Shown in pieces: positions 11,714 through 26,466 of a stretch of 64,000 nucleotides of DNA. Source of the stretch: Paragordius varius. Taxonomy: Eukaryota; Animalia; Nematomorpha. The stretch is from assembly GCA_964247055.1 (NCBI GenBank), contig OZ176053.1, positions 8,928,001 through 8,992,000 of the forward strand, written 5' to 3'. Positions within the stretch are counted from its first letter, which is position 1, and each line of letters starts with the position of its first letter. Below the pieces are notes generated by a model. That model made no database searches. It was not told where the DNA came from and saw only the letters and a program-made list of their open reading frames with translations. The translations under genes were made by a program, and so were the position numbers.

Positions 11714-14700
11714 CATACACTGCAATAAACATACACAACGTTAAAAGCTTAAGATTTCCAGTTTATGAAAAACCACCTTAGAAAATGTGTTAAAATACTT
11801 GGATCCACTTCCTCAACCAAAGTTAAAGTAGTCTACTCATAAAGATTGTGCAAAAACAATAAAAGATTTTTGTAATAAAATCAATTGTGCTTGATGACAT
11901 CTTCTGGAGATAGGATATAAAATTATTTAATAATAATAAGAATGCCATAAATAATAAACAAGCATGACATCACCCATATAATCAATGGAATTGAAATTCG
12001 TTTAGTCGATTTTATATTGCCTACTATTATTTCAAATATTATTATTTTTTTCATACACAGAGATTTTAGCAAATTGTTGTGACCTTGACCTTGTTTATTT
12101 TTCCTTCAGAATTACTAATCAAATTCTCTTCCTTTCGTTTAAAACAAATAAACTATATTTATGTGACACTAATACCAAAAGTTGGCAGCAGAATGCATTT
12201 ATTTATATTGGATAAAAATATTTCTAATATAAAATATATATATATATAAAGGTTTTTATGCTGAATTTTTTTAAATTAAATTATGAGTAATATTGTGTAT
12301 AATACTATTTGTTCATCAATTATAATCATATATTTTTTGGAATCTTTCCAAACAATTATATACTTTTGTCATTTAAGACTTTGCTAATCAGTAAACAATA
12401 ATTTGTATGCGTTTTAAAACGATACGGTACAGTGTTTTTAAGTTTTCTTATGACATATATCATAAGAATCGTAAATACTAAATTGATTAATAATATTATC
12501 ATACCTATATCTTAAGGATGTTTGCTGGAATATCATCGTTTGGGCGTAAGAAAATAATGCTTGTATTGCATAGATCGAGTATTTCTTTTATAAGTTTTTT
12601 TTATCAATCGCATCTTTTCCTTTAACATGTTATATCTATTTTTGAGCAATCGTGATGCTAATATTTGAGTTTTTTTCGGTATAATGCACTCAATAAGTCT
12701 TTGAAAACAACTTCGTTTTTGAATAAATAATCATATTATATAAGTAGCTGTGCCGCCTCATGGAATTCGATGATTAAATTAATAAATTTAGTTTATTAAT
12801 ATTTCAGCAAGGGTAAATATAGTAAACAAATAACAGTTGAAATTAAATATTTTATAGACAAATGGATACATTTTAATAAAGACGATCGCGGTGTTATACA
12901 AAAAATGTTTGTAAACTCAGCTCTCAGTGGCATATCCAATTAATAGTTCTAACTTAATTTAAAATCCAATTCATCGAAATTATCACTAAAATATTTTCGC
13001 TTTTTAACCGTTTAACCCCTAAAAACAAGGGAAAAACACAAAACTCTTTGCGTTATACCTTATTGAGACTGTTTTCACTTTACGATAGTAAAACTTCAAG
13101 TTACACCTAGACAAATGATTAGATGATATTTCTCTACATGATCAATGGCATTTTATGCAGAATGACGACTGAATCCAGAAGCTAATTCACGTCTGTATTA
13201 AGGGGTATACCACAAAAGAGAAGGATATTCTTGTATTATGGTAAAAGTATGCCGGATATAATGTTTTAAAGTTATGCCGTTTTCCCTTTTCCACTTATGA
13301 AGGCTAAGCTCACAATCAATTCTCTCTGTATGCTTTGGCAAATATAAATAATGAATTCTTAAATAGATTGATTGAATATACAGTAAAAGTTGAAATTATA
13401 CCGACAAAACATAAAATATAAAGACAGAAATTTGTTTTCAAAACACAACCATATTTTTTAAATCTTAATTTATCTTATAAACATTTTGCAATGGTAAAAA
13501 ACATAATTGATTATTTTACCAATTTACATCTATATTATAAATTTTGCAAGTATAGTTGTTTACTTTTAGAAAAAAAATATTTGTCTTTATATTTTTACTT
13601 TTTGTCCGTATGATTTCAATTTTTACTGTATGATCGTAAAAATCATTCGATGCTCACACTGATATTAAAATTTATAAATGAATTAAACTATTTAAAATTA
13701 ATTTAATTAGATTTGATAAATAACTAATTTTACACATTTCCGATTGTTATGAGTGAAGGATGAAATTTTTTATTTATAGTGGTATATAAACGAAATTCGG
13801 ATTTTTTCATTACATTTGAATAAAAAAAAATTAAAAGCACAGCAAACTACAAAATTGCAAACATCTTGGGATAGCCACTCAATTAAAATAATGTTATAAA
13901 GTTTTCTTATTCTTCAAATTGTAATTAATGGTGATTAGGTACTATAAAAAAGACTTAAAACAAAATAAATGTTGTAGTGCAATCTTGAAATATTAAATAA
14001 CCATAAATTTAATATGATATTGTGCTTTGATTTGGTATTTTTTGTTAGTGAAAATCATCACGGTTTGCATTTGAACAAATCAAAATAATTAACAAATTAT
14101 ATTATTATTTTGAGAAAAATGTCCTTTTTAAATATTAATTTTTTCATAGTAGTTCATAAATACCATATAATAAAGCCAGAATATTGCAAGCTCAATATAT
14201 GACTAATTCTATGTTTTGTTTCCTATTTTCTGAAAGTAATTTATTTTAAATCAGGGTAAGACTGTATATAACAATTAACCTAATATCTCTGTCAAATACA
14301 CCTGCTTGACAAAGATTATATATTTAACCCAGAACGTAAACATTTTATGCCTTCTGTTGATATTTCAATTTAAACAACATCTGGCTGTTAAAAACGGTTA
14401 AACTGCCCTGCATTCAACGTGACCTCTAATTTGTTAAAGTTATGGCTAGAGATTTTCTTTCTCAGTATTAAATCATAGACTATATTAATCACTCAAATAA
14501 ACAATAAATGGATCTTAATTAAATTGAAAACAAATAACTTTATCCTAAATAGATATAATTGTTGATGATCAAAAACTATTATGACATATTGATAATTTGC
14601 TTGATTAACATGAAACTATTAGCATTAAAATAAAATAAATTGAATATTTCATATATAATAGTGAATTAATATTATGGTTTATCTCATATTCTATTTAATA

Positions 14701-15691
14701 AGAATGTATAAATAATAGGCATTAATCTTAAGATAAGCAGAGAAAAAAGATGAATAAGATTGAAATCGACATTGTTTTTTTCATATGGCTCTACAATTAA
14801 TATCATTCTATCCAAATTTAATTTATATATATGCTTCAAGATATTTAAAACATAATTTTGTTAGAATAGACATATTATGTCTATTAAATAAATGTTGACC
14901 AAACAGCCTGTAGCCAATTATTATGAATATAGAAATTGTTTTTATTTATTTACCACCTACCTCATATTCATAAATATGCTTTCATGTATTAGAAATCGCG
15001 TTTCGTATAAAAAATCTCTTTTTTATGCAAAAAGACATTGTTAACGATGTTCACATAAACTAAAAGGTCCTAATCATGTTTCGGCTCGAAACAATTGGCC
15101 AATCATCCCAAAACTATTTTATATCGAAGTCCGTTGACAAAAACACCATATTATTCTTAGATATATTGTATCCATATTATTTAAGTTTTACCTGAATATC
15201 AAGAAAATGGCATGAATCGTAGATAAAAAATACTACACTAAAAACAAATAATAATTGATGCTATTCAACATATATTTTAATATTTATACACTTGCCTTTC
15301 AACGCTTTATTAATTGCTATACTTCGTTTCGACAAAAAATAGTAATTTTTAATACTTTATACTTTAGTAATGAGTTGACATTGAATAAGCGGTAAAAAAT
15401 ATCGCGTCGCGGCCAATTCAAAAATGTAATAACTGATTGATTAGTTTGGACGCATGTTTATTTGTCAATGTATATATATCTACTTTATATATTGCTTAAT
15501 GTAATACAGTAATACTTAGAAACATCATATTTTAAATATTATTTTTTTTCTGATGATGGTTGATCGGGGAAAATTGCACAATTCAAATCTTCCTATTTTG
15601 ACATTTTAAAACAGATTCTATTTATTTATTTATTTAATCATTTATTTTCTTACAAAACATTCCATACACCACATTTTGATATATAATAATA

Positions 15692-18600
15692 ATGGGACTC
15701 ATGAAATGTATTGAAAAATATATACCAAATATATTTGGACGCAAAGGCTTAAATACAAGTGCCGGACTTCCCCCTAAACGGAGCTATGACAGAATGTTTG
15801 CACAAAAAGATGTGGATCAAGGTTGGGCTTGGTTGGTTATGCTTTGTTCTTTTTTTGGATGCTTTATAACTGCAGGTCAAACCATTTAATCATAAATATT
15901 TTGTTTTTAACCCAAATTTAAGTGACTAAATTGACAAAAATAACCCACGTTGGTTTAAAAGGACTTTATGAAAGTTATATCCATATGAAATATTAAAGTT
16001 TGACAATAATATCTGGTCTAAAAATTTTATATGTATTCAGAAATATAATTTGTTTGTTTTTACCTTTGGGAGCACATGACAAAAGTCATTTTGTCAAGCA
16101 TATTTAGTTGGCAAAGGTAATAATAGTTTTAATGTTTTATATATAGTTTTGTAACAATGTGTGAAAAATTATGTTGAGTTTACTTTTTTCTTACATATAA
16201 ATAGTAACAAATATTTTACATGTCATTATAATTTAGAAACTGTTGCTAATATTCACATGTAAAACCAATGGTAAAAGGATAATTAATCATGCAAAATATT
16301 AACCGTAATTTTTAACATGTTAAAATAATTTATTTTTTTACATGTAAAATATTTAATTAAAGTTAAGGTACCATTTTATAACCAATTTAGCTAGAGATTG
16401 CGCAATTCTACTTTCATAGAATGTGTTATTCAAATTTTGGGAAAATTGTCTTTATGGGTAAGATAAATAACATTTTCTATTGGATTCCTCTACACAGCTA
16501 AATTTAAATATTTTAACATGCTATGTTATAACGTCCATAGTTTTTTTTCGACCTATAAAACGGTCATTATAACATATTTTTTTCTGTCAATAATATTACC
16601 ATTATTTTTGTTTCCATTTATTATATATTGAAAGTGCCAATGTTTTTTTTCGTTTTTTCTCGCTTTCAATCTAAATTTATATTCTCTGTGTGCCATAGCG
16701 CACAGTAGCAGCACATTTAAAAGTTGTTTACAATCCAAATAAATGTATTTGCTAAACCAGAATAGAAATTGGTTCAAAGTCATTGTTCTTGTACTGTTAT
16801 TTATGAAAATGAATACGACGACCTTGAAACATAAAATTGTTTACGAGTTTTCAGATTCATCTTCACAGTATTATTAATATTATTTGTAGTTTCATAATAA
16901 TATGTAATTAGATAATAATTTCTCTAATTTTTCATTTCCTATCTCCTGAAATCGAAAAATAAAATTGTCTATTAGTACAGTAACAAAATAAACATAACAA
17001 TTATTTATTAATAAGTTATAGTTAAAATAAGATTTTACTTTAATTTTTCTGTTATTCTATAACTTTATGCGCACTATAATTCAACAAAAAGTTTTTATCA
17101 TATACCACAAAAGCAAGTAGTGTGACACCAAAAATGTATTATTTACAATCAATAAAATAGGGACCTTCTTCTAATGATGCAAAAGTAGGGTTGTGCATTT
17201 GACTGCTTTTTCAAAAAAGTCCGGTGAGACCCAGTCAGACCATGGTCATGACCACGGTCATAAGCACTTTTTACTTAAGTAAATATCATGCGATATTGAA
17301 TTGTGAAAATAATGCTCCTACGACACTTGCCTTTTACTAATAATGTCATGTTTTTTTTAAAAGTTTATATTATATTATATCAAGAATTTTGTTTTAAAAT
17401 AAATTTTGTCACATCTTTGCGGCCTTCTGAATCTTCAAATACATAGCTTTAATAATGTCAAATAAAATTTTACCTAGTTTGTTTACACTTTCTTTCATCA
17501 TTGTAATATCCAATTATAAAATGTTTTTTCATTCTTATGGTTCACATATATGGAATAATTGCATATTTTGCAAAGTGCTTGATTGTTTTATTATTTCTCT
17601 TCCAAAAAAAATTTACCAGCAGTTTTCCAAAAAACAGCTGTTTTTTCAAATGACCATGGTCAAAAAATAAATAGTCACTGATCTGGTCATGACCCGGTCA
17701 ACATGACTTGGTCAGCACAACCCTATGCAAAACACTATTGTGTTGCAAATTGCCCTACTATAGTTTGAAATAAGCAACCTTTAAAATGCATTCTGTAAAT
17801 TTTGTATAGGATTCAAAACTGAATCTGAAATCAACTACTATTGTAAAGAAACCTTCAAAATACGATCAAAAACGCTACTATATAGAAATTTCACCATAAT
17901 TTATGGTTATACCAAAATCCTAAATTTTTAATTAAAACAATTTAAAGAGAAAATGTAAATTGGTTACTCACAATTTTGAGTTTATGCCCCTATTTTATGG
18001 TACATATTAAATGCTTACGGATAAAATCAATAATGCTTCTAGATAAATAAAATTGATGGATGAATTAATTTACAAAGGGGCTTAGTATAAATGTGATTGA
18101 AGTTAAGCGCTTTAAAAGAGGAGTTTTTATATATTATTAAGTTGGATTATCCATTTAGGATCAGCATAAATTAAAATGTTATTTTAGTTGTTACCCTATC
18201 ACTCAAATTCTGATTTCCCTAAGTGGCCCTTTCACTCAAAATCGAATCTCATATTTAAAGAGGGGGTCTCTTCATTGTTTGCTCTATTTAATTTTTAAGG
18301 AAATTGTGATTGATGTATAGTTTATTGCTTTAACAATTTGTACCATTGATATTACAAAAATTTAATATATTCCATATAATAGGGATGTGCTATTCATGCG
18401 GAGTTTATTACAAAGAATATGTGATTCAATTCCCAAGCCAAAAAATTGCAGTTTCTATTCTTACAAGCTTACCTAGTGCTCTCTTTGTGCTTTTGGGACC
18501 AGTGTCTATGTTCACGTCCAGAAAGCTTGGATATCACTGGGTTAAATTATTTCACACATAACAAAAAATTGTTAAAAGCGGTTTAAGTTAATTTCATTAT

Positions 18601-20315
18601 ATTAAATATATTTAATTAATGAAGTTTAATTAATCGAAATCAAATTAAAATTTAATATTTAGACTGTAGTTTTTGGTTGTACAATGGGAACTTTAGGATT
18701 TATAGCGGCTTACTTTGCTCATGGAGTCTACCAATTGGTGCTAACTCAAGGTATCATGGTAGGAATCGGGGGTGGTATGTTATATTCACCAGTTGTATGT
18801 GTCCTCAAACTCTGTTTTGTTAAACGTTACGTATTAGCAAATGCGTTTGGTTTAACGGGCGTTGCGCTGGGATGCCTATCATTCCCATTCATTTATCAGG
18901 TGTTTATTCAATCTTACGGGCTACGTATTTCTTTGTTATGCAATGCTTGCATCTACGTACACATCTACATCATAGCAGCTATCTTGGCTTACCCAAGCTC
19001 GGACAAGAGTGAAACATGTCGAAAAATGAGTATAAATCTCATTCGACGATGTAGTCGGCAATCCTTAGTCTCAATGATGACTGCACCTCCGGTCATGGTG
19101 GTAGACATGATTGAAACCATAAAGGAAGAAGAAAATGACAATTCTGTAAAATTTAGCAGTTCTTCAGCCAACGACAGCAGTTGTGATGATATTGAGATTA
19201 AACCAAGAGAAGATATTTTTGCCAATTTTAATGAATATGATAGAGATGATCCCATGTCTGACGGAAGACAATTGTTGGGAGTAAAGGGTCATACATCAAA
19301 GGGGCGCCTAAATAACAGTGGTTCATTTACAAAAAACATTAACGATAAAATTCAACCAGGAAGTACTAACTCTTTGCAGCGTATATCAGTTTTAAATTCA
19401 CAGGGAAGGCGATCCTATTCTCTCTCAATCAAACCAGGTTTGTTGGATGATGAAAACATTCCCATTAAAAGTAATTGTGTTTCAGATATTATTGGCTCTC
19501 CTAATACATCTTCAGGGGATACTGCAACTAGTGATATGCTACCTCAACTGAATGCCACCTCCAACAATATAAAAGTCAATAGTCTTAAAGCATGGTTATT
19601 TGTTTTGTATTCGCCCCTGGAGCAAGCAAGCTGTATAATTATTTTACTACTAATTATTCGATACACAAAACAAAAAGGATTGACGGATTACGAATCTGCC
19701 AGCATGATATCATGGGTCGGGACTGGAGAGTTGATTGGGTCCATTTCAGTAGTACTTTGGGGACTCTATTACTCCAAAATAATTGAGGAAAAACAGAGAT
19801 TTGAATTCGAGATGGGAAGATCTGCTGAATATTCCCTTGACAATGGTTCGTCTCTTACAGGGCTTTATTTTTGGGTAGCTCTTTTATGCCAAGGTATAGT
19901 TAGTGTTTTATTGGCCCTAAACTTATCTACTCTGTATGCTTATTACAGCGTACTCATGGTTTTGTTTGGCACGTTCTTTGGTGTACGTATAACTTTACTG
20001 AATGCCATAGTCATAGATCTGTTTGGATCCATAAATTTTACACGAATGTACAGTTTGTACTTCTTTTTTGCCGGTGTGGGATGTATCATATCCCTACCAC
20101 TTGCAACATGGTTGGAAACTTCGCTAGGGAACCCAAATGCCATTTTTTACATAACTTCGTCTACGTTTGCTGGTTGTATACTTATCATGGCGTATGTCAT
20201 GTTCCACATATATAAGAATAAATGGATACAGGAAAAGCAATGGAAACAACTTATGTCCCCGCAAATTATACATTCCCCGTCATATACAACAGCATCAACA
20301 CATGATGTCATTTAA
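15692..20315 (+). CDS. SLC16/monocarboxylate-transporter-like MFS protein, paralogue 1 (3 exons, ~664 aa)
   Basis: Exons 15692-15875, 18383-18540 and 18663-20315 join in frame. TM1 motif DVDQGWAWLVML (SLC16 DGGWGW-like), QGIMVGIGGGMLYSP, KRYVLANAFGLTGVALG, a large central cytoplasmic loop, and C-terminal DLFGSINFTRMYSLYFFFAGVGCIISLP. The subtype cannot be assigned. Confidence 0.88.
17186..17725 (+). mobile_element. hAT-type MITE (540 bp), family with TAGGGTTGTGC TIR
   Basis: TIRs TAGGGTTGTGC / GCACAACCCTA, subterminal GGTCATGACC repeats, near-TSD TGCAAAAG / TGCAAAAC (7/8). It lies in intron 1 of transporter paralogue 1, apparently inside an older mariner-like MITE whose end is at ~17745-17803. 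Confidence 0.85.
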
Positions 20316-21690
20316 ATTATGGATATATTGTATTGTAATATTTGTATATATATAAATTTTATGTCTTATTATTATATAAATTTAGCAAAATAGTTTAGAT
20401 TAATCAATAATAAATATATATGATTTGACCACAAACAAAAATATTTTTATAGTTTTATTAACTTCCAAAACATCTAATCATATACTAATAATTATTTTAA
20501 TAATTTTAATAGTATAGTATGTCAATGCAAATATTTTAGACTGAATAATAAATTTTAATCTACTTATGCCAGATTGATTATGATTCTTCAGAGTTTCGCT
20601 GTATAAATTGTTATTATCTGCCTACATACATAACTTAACAGCTTTCACAAAAAATATAAAAAATGAATGAAAAACCTATTTAACAGTTTCATATATTATT
20701 TTTGAAGAATTTTGAGTATAAAATATCTTTCCAAATATAGAGTGGCGTTTTGATTATCAAACAGTTATGATATGTTAAAAAGGGCTAGGCATATTATGTT
20801 TTTTAGAAGCTTTATAAGTTATTTTGTAATATATCCTAAATAATATTTTGAACTTAAAACTGTATTGATTTTTTCATATTTTTTTATTTTCAGAATATGT
20901 ACACCCTTTATTAAACGCTTAAGTTAAAACTAAAGCAAAGGGGGTTTTCCTTATAACTATATTTTAAAACCATTATACTGAGCATATGATTTAGTTAAAA
21001 TATCGAAACACTAAAATCAATTTATAATAAAGTTAAGTTTAAAATATAACATGGGGAGTTGTAAGTTACAGCACCTAATTCTAAGTGACTAAACCATGAT
21101 CGGCGAAATTTATGGAGGCAATGTAAATGGCCATGATTGATATAAATGGGTGACACGTTATTGCACAAAGAATAAGGTTTTAGGGATTGCTTTTTTCTAA
21201 AAACCTGTTTTAATGGGTAGTGGTGTTAAAAACAGGGTTTAATTCGATTTGCCTCTACAGCGGATTAAAAAAGGAAATGAAATACATAACTAGGGCTGTC
21301 CAACACAAAGGCTTGAGGGGCCGCATCCGTTCGAAAAATCCGGCGGGCCAAATTAACAAAATATAACAAATGGACATCAATGAATATTTTATATATCAAT
21401 CATGGCAGATAAAATTTACGACCACGATATATATATATATATATATATATATTAATTATATTAATTTTGTTTATTCCGTTGACAAAATTGGAAAAATATA
21501 TTCAGGTTTCCCTACATTTTTAACCTATTTACCTTTACGGTTATTGTCTATGAAAGTATTTACCTTCAAGAATCATAGTAATTTACAATTTCCAATTAAG
21601 GGTAATATGTGGTATATATAAATATTTAACGGCTAAGAAATAACCCATTACCGAACATATATTAAAAATTTATTATCGAAAAATATTTTA

Positions 21691-21862
21691 CAGTATGCAT
21701 ATTAATGGTTGCTTATTTCACAGTATAGTAGGGCAATTTGCATAGGAGTGTATAGAAAAAAAGCAAGGAAATAATTGTTTATACATTTTGTTGTTCATAC
21801 ACTACTATCTTGCGAATTTCCAAACTATGGTGTGAATTAAGCAACCATTAAAATGCATACAG
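21691..21862. mobile_element. Tc1/mariner-like MITE (TA-flanked)
   Basis: TA|CAGTATGCATATTAATGGTTGCTTATTTCAC ... GTGAATTAAGCAACCATTAAAATGCATACAG|TA; a related end lies at ~17745-17803. Confidence 0.75.
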
Positions 21863-23779
21863 TAAATATCACCTTTATACGCTATTTTCTCCTTTCAAAG
21901 GAGGGAAGCGTGTTATAGTTTTCCATTTGTTTCTGTCTTCTGCTTGTTCGATTTTGATATTGAGAAAATCTAGGTCTTTTTGAATGGTGGATTGCCAGGT
22001 TTTATAAGGTCTGCCTTTTTTGTTTTTATTATTGGTTGAATGAGAATGAGCTTTATCCAGTTTGTGTCTTGCACTCTATAGATGTGACCAGCCCAACGCA
22101 AACGGTATTCCCGGATAGCTGTATTAATTGGTTTAATTTTTAGAGTTTGATAGGGGCAAAATTTGGCTTGGAAATTTTAGATGTTAGGGTTATGTGCGAA
22201 AAGAATGGCGTTTAGGATTTTTTGCTCACCCTTTTGCAGTGATAGTAGATTTGATTCATAGGCCATGTTTCCGTACCATATAGTATAGCAGGACTTATAG
22301 CCGTCATAAAAAATTTTGCCTTTGACTGAGTAAAACGTATTTATTATTTACTATTGTGCGCAGACTATGATACTTTTTCCAGGCGGCTTTGATTCTATGC
22401 GATAAGGCCGATTCTATACCACCACCAGCATCTAAAGTATCACCTAGGTATGTTAATTTGTCTATAAATTCGAGTAAAGTGGAGGACTCGGGGCGAGGAG
22501 ATCCTATGGTTAATGTGTTTGTTGTACTGCACGGGGAGCAGATAAAGTTTTTATTATCATATAAACTTTTAGAAGTGGAGCATTTTTATGTACCCACTTT
22601 AAACATTTGTTACACTTTATTGAATTTGACGTTACATTTAATGAGCACACGGAGAAGGGCCATTTTATTGTCTTGTTTTCATCACACATTAGTTTGGTTT
22701 TAGATGTATTCACCTTTAGACCGAATTTACTTAGGGTGTCCTTCCATAATTTTAATTTTTCCATTGATTCCGTTGCAGATGTGGTGCATAATATTAAGTC
22801 ATCAGCGTACAGAAGTTTAAAAGGTAAGCCTTTTCGTATGTCTTTTGTGATCTCCTCCATAATTAGGATGAATAAAAGGGGGCTCAGTATAGAGCCTTGA
22901 TGTAGACCGTTTATAAGTGGGATGGGTTCGTATCGCCAACGCTTGTACGGATTACAGTTGAGGCGTTCGTATATAGTGCTTCTATTATTTGTATCATATT
23001 TTCCTTTATACCTTGCCTTCTGAGCGACCAAGCAATCAGGTGCGGGACTGAGTCGAAAGCCTGTTCCATGTCTACAAACGCATAATGGAGTAGAAGATTT
23101 CTCAGGTGAGCATTTTGTAATTGGCGGATTATAAATATTGTATCTATAGTACCCTTGTTTTTTGAAAATCCAAATTGAATAGAATCTATGCTGCAGTGTC
23201 GACGGATTATGTTGGCTATCAGATTTTCAAAGATTTCAAAACCATGTTGTAAGATGCGTATGGGACGAAAGTTGGAAACGTTAAAACAATCTCCTTTGCC
23301 CTTATAAATTGGGATTGTATAGCTTTTTAGCCAATCATTGGGTATGATATTATTTATTGCTATGTTGTTCGCAAGATTTTTGAAATAATCTACAAATAAA
23401 TTATGATCTAGGGCCTTAAATACATCATTTGTGATATCTGATAAACCTGGGCATATATTACTTTTTAATTTTTTAAACAAAATTCTATTTCATCATTAGT
23501 AAATGGTTGAAATGAAGAATATGTTGGGTGAGGGTTCGCGATTTCCATAGGTATTTTAGGTTTATTTGCATAGGTATTTTAGGTTTATTGATGTGATTAA
23601 AAATATTAAAAAAGTGGTTATACCATGTGGATTTTATAACTTGGGTGGGTTATACTTAAGGTGACCAGATTTTTTGAAGGAAAAAGCGGGACAAATCTGA
23701 GAAGGGGGGGGTCATTGGGGGGTACAACCAAAAATTTTTATACAAAAAATTTATTGTAATATTTTATTTTTAACACAAA

Positions 23780-24660
23780 TATATTATAAATATAAAAAAT
23801 GTACCTTACAGGTTGTTTGCACCTTTTTCAATAAATTTAGTGCATGAACAAAGGGTGAAGTGATTGTAATATTCTAGAAAAAATAATAAAGATGAAATCA
23901 TCACAAAGTGCGCTGGGTGATGCAAGAAGCGCCACAGAAAATATTTATAACAATTTAGCGAATAATCTTAATCAAAACATTATTGGTAGATACACAACGC
24001 TATTCAAACAGCTACTGATTTGTTACGCCTGGATGTGGAAAATATAGATGTTAAAATGCTTGGATATTGTAAAACTGTTGGCTAGCTCTTTTGCCAGCGA
24101 TTGAAATATTTATAAAAATGTGATCTCCTAGAATCCTATTTTTATCACAGGACAAAGGTCAAAATTCCAAGTCAAAAAAGGTTAGAAAATAATTTTATAC
24201 CATTACCTAATCGCAATATTATAAAGCATCCAGAAAAACAAGGCTCAATGAATAGCCAGAATATAAAAATGTTTTATACAAACAGAAACGATTATTTGGA
24301 AGACATGACGGTGCACAATGACACATTTTTATGAAGTCTCATTATTAAAATATATTGAATGAATTATATTATGGACAACAGAAAAAAATACGTAGGATAG
24401 AAATGGTTAAAATAATCATTTTTACACAAATTATGTTCCATAAAATAATATTTTAATTGTAGAATTTGCATCATCTTTACCTGAACCACTGCTATTGAAC
24501 GCGTTTTTCCACAGTAAATTAACTAAGGACAAGGAATCAAATTTAAATGTTGAATAAGTGCCATTTTATGTGTTCAAATATAATTTGACAAATGATGAAG
24601 ACTTATGCAATATTTTAAGTTATTTTGTTTATTTTTTAACATAAAAACTTTATAAATATA
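23780..24660 (+). repeat. Inverted, deleted second copy of transposase sequence inside the hAT
   Basis: Plus-strand blocks match minus-strand transposase segments: ACACAACGCTATTCAAACAGCTACTGATTTGTTAC (~23992 vs ~25700), GAATCCTATTTTTATCACAGGACAAA (~24131 vs ~25470), and CTGCTATTGAACGCGTTTTTCCACAGTAAA (~24490 vs ~24870). Confidence 0.8.
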
Positions 24661-24669
24661 AGAAAATAT

Positions 24670-26441
24670 TTTATTCTTTGGTATATTTTTTGTTTGAGTG
24701 AATGCGTTTTAGCAGATTGTCATCATTTTTTAAAATATTGTAGAAGTCTTCACAAGAATTTGTCAAATTATATTTGACAGATAAAACGGCCTTAAAGGTT
24801 CAACATTTAAATTTGATTATCCCGATGTCCCCACCTGATTTACTGTGGAGAAAACGCGCTCAGTAGCAGCGTTGGTTCCAGATAAAGATAGTGAAAATTC
24901 CACATTTTTTTAAATATTATTGTATGTAATATAGTTTGCTTTAAAATGATGAAATATTTCCAACCATTTCTTTTCTACTGTATATTTTTTGTCCATAATT
25001 TAAGTTTTTCATTATTAATTTATCTTTTAACTAAGAATTTTTGGGAACAGATATAATCAAATGATTTTTGAACATCGCACTAATTAAATTCTGGTTTTAA
25101 TGTTATCCAATGATAATGATCAATTTCATTGAATTGGGTCGTCCAGTCTTCCAAATAATATTTACAGTTTGTATAAAACATTTTTATATGGTACAGGATA
25201 TCTTGGCGATTTATTAAGCCTTGTTTTTCTAAATTATTTATATTGCGGATGGGTAATGGTATAAAATTATTTTCTAACCATTCTTGGCATTGGAATTAGG
25301 TTCTAACTTAATTAAATAATTCAATTGCCGAAATTTTGTCACCTTCTATCAATTTAATAACATTTTGAAAGAGAGAAGCTTGATTATGTAGGGACTCTAA
25401 CCATATTTTTGAAGAATCACTTACATTTCCAAAGTTGTAGGACATTTGTCCTGTGATAAAAAATAAGATTTTAAAGGATCATACATTTTTAAAATTCTTT
25501 CGATAGCTGGCAGAAGAGCATACCAACGAGTTTTACAATATCCAAGCATTTTTTGATATTGGACTTCTGCATTTTCACAGAATTCCTTAAGCGTTTCAAC
25601 GCGTACCGTGTATATATAAAAAAGATATATATTGTAATAACTAAATTTTCCACATCTAGGGGTAACAAATCAGTAGCTGTTTGAATAGCGTTGTGTAAAT
25701 GCGCTGCACACCAACGCCAATAATGTTTTGATTAAGATTATCTGTAATTTATGGAAAATATTTTTTGTTCCCCTCCTTGCTTTTCCACCGAAGTTCGTAA
25801 ATGGTATCAGCGCAATATGCGATGATTTTGTCTTTTAAATTATTATTTTCTAAGATATTCATTATTGAAGTAAAACATATGTCGGAATTTACACCGGGTA
25901 GCGAAATAAGATCTAAAATTTTAATTACTCCAGTTTCTGGATCAAAATATCTTATTAAAGTCGGAAATAATTTTGTTTCCTTGTGAGATGCATCAAAGTA
26001 TAGCGATGTGAAATTAATTTTCAGTAAATCTTTTTGTATTTCAGAAAATGCATGTGGCGAAAGGACATTGCATTCAATGGCTTCAGCCCTTGTACGGGCA
26101 CATGTAAATTTTTTATGGAATAACGTGCGAATAACCTGTGAGGTACAGTCCATAGATCTAAAGGAATGATTGTGCAGCGTGAAAAGATAACACGCCCTCA
26201 GCTAGTGCCAAATTCTTTTCTTCCTCTCCAAAAGCGGTTTTTCGAAAAAAATCGCTCATTTTGTAAGATGATGCCCCCATATCTAAACATTTTTATGTTT
26301 CTCATGCTTGCCGCCATGTGCTAGGATGAATTCCGCCTCGCATATAAGACATCTAACAGATGATTCATTCTTCGTTTTTTTGATAAAAGGAAAATCTTTC
26401 ATTAATTCATCGTTGAATTTACAACCTCTTTTTGTGCTCAT
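24670..26441 (-). pseudogene. Frameshifted hAT (Blackjack-like) transposase
   Basis: Starts MSTKRGCKFNDELMKDFPFIKK...VRCLICEAEFILAHGG (BED-like zinc finger), has FDASHKETKLFPTLIRYFDP...YCADT (catalytic region) and ends with SGTNAATERVFSTVN...KYNLTNSCEDFYNIL (hATC). Multiple stops and frameshifts. Confidence 0.85.
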
Positions 26442-26466
26442 ATTTATAAACTACTATTAGTATAAT

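Noticed and set aside
15550-15590. Second hammerhead candidate (CTGATGATGG...GGAAAATT)
   Set aside because: No convincing stem I or stem II and no adjacent Penelope sequence. Other CTGATGA hits (10133, 28708, 22800) lie in coding sequence.
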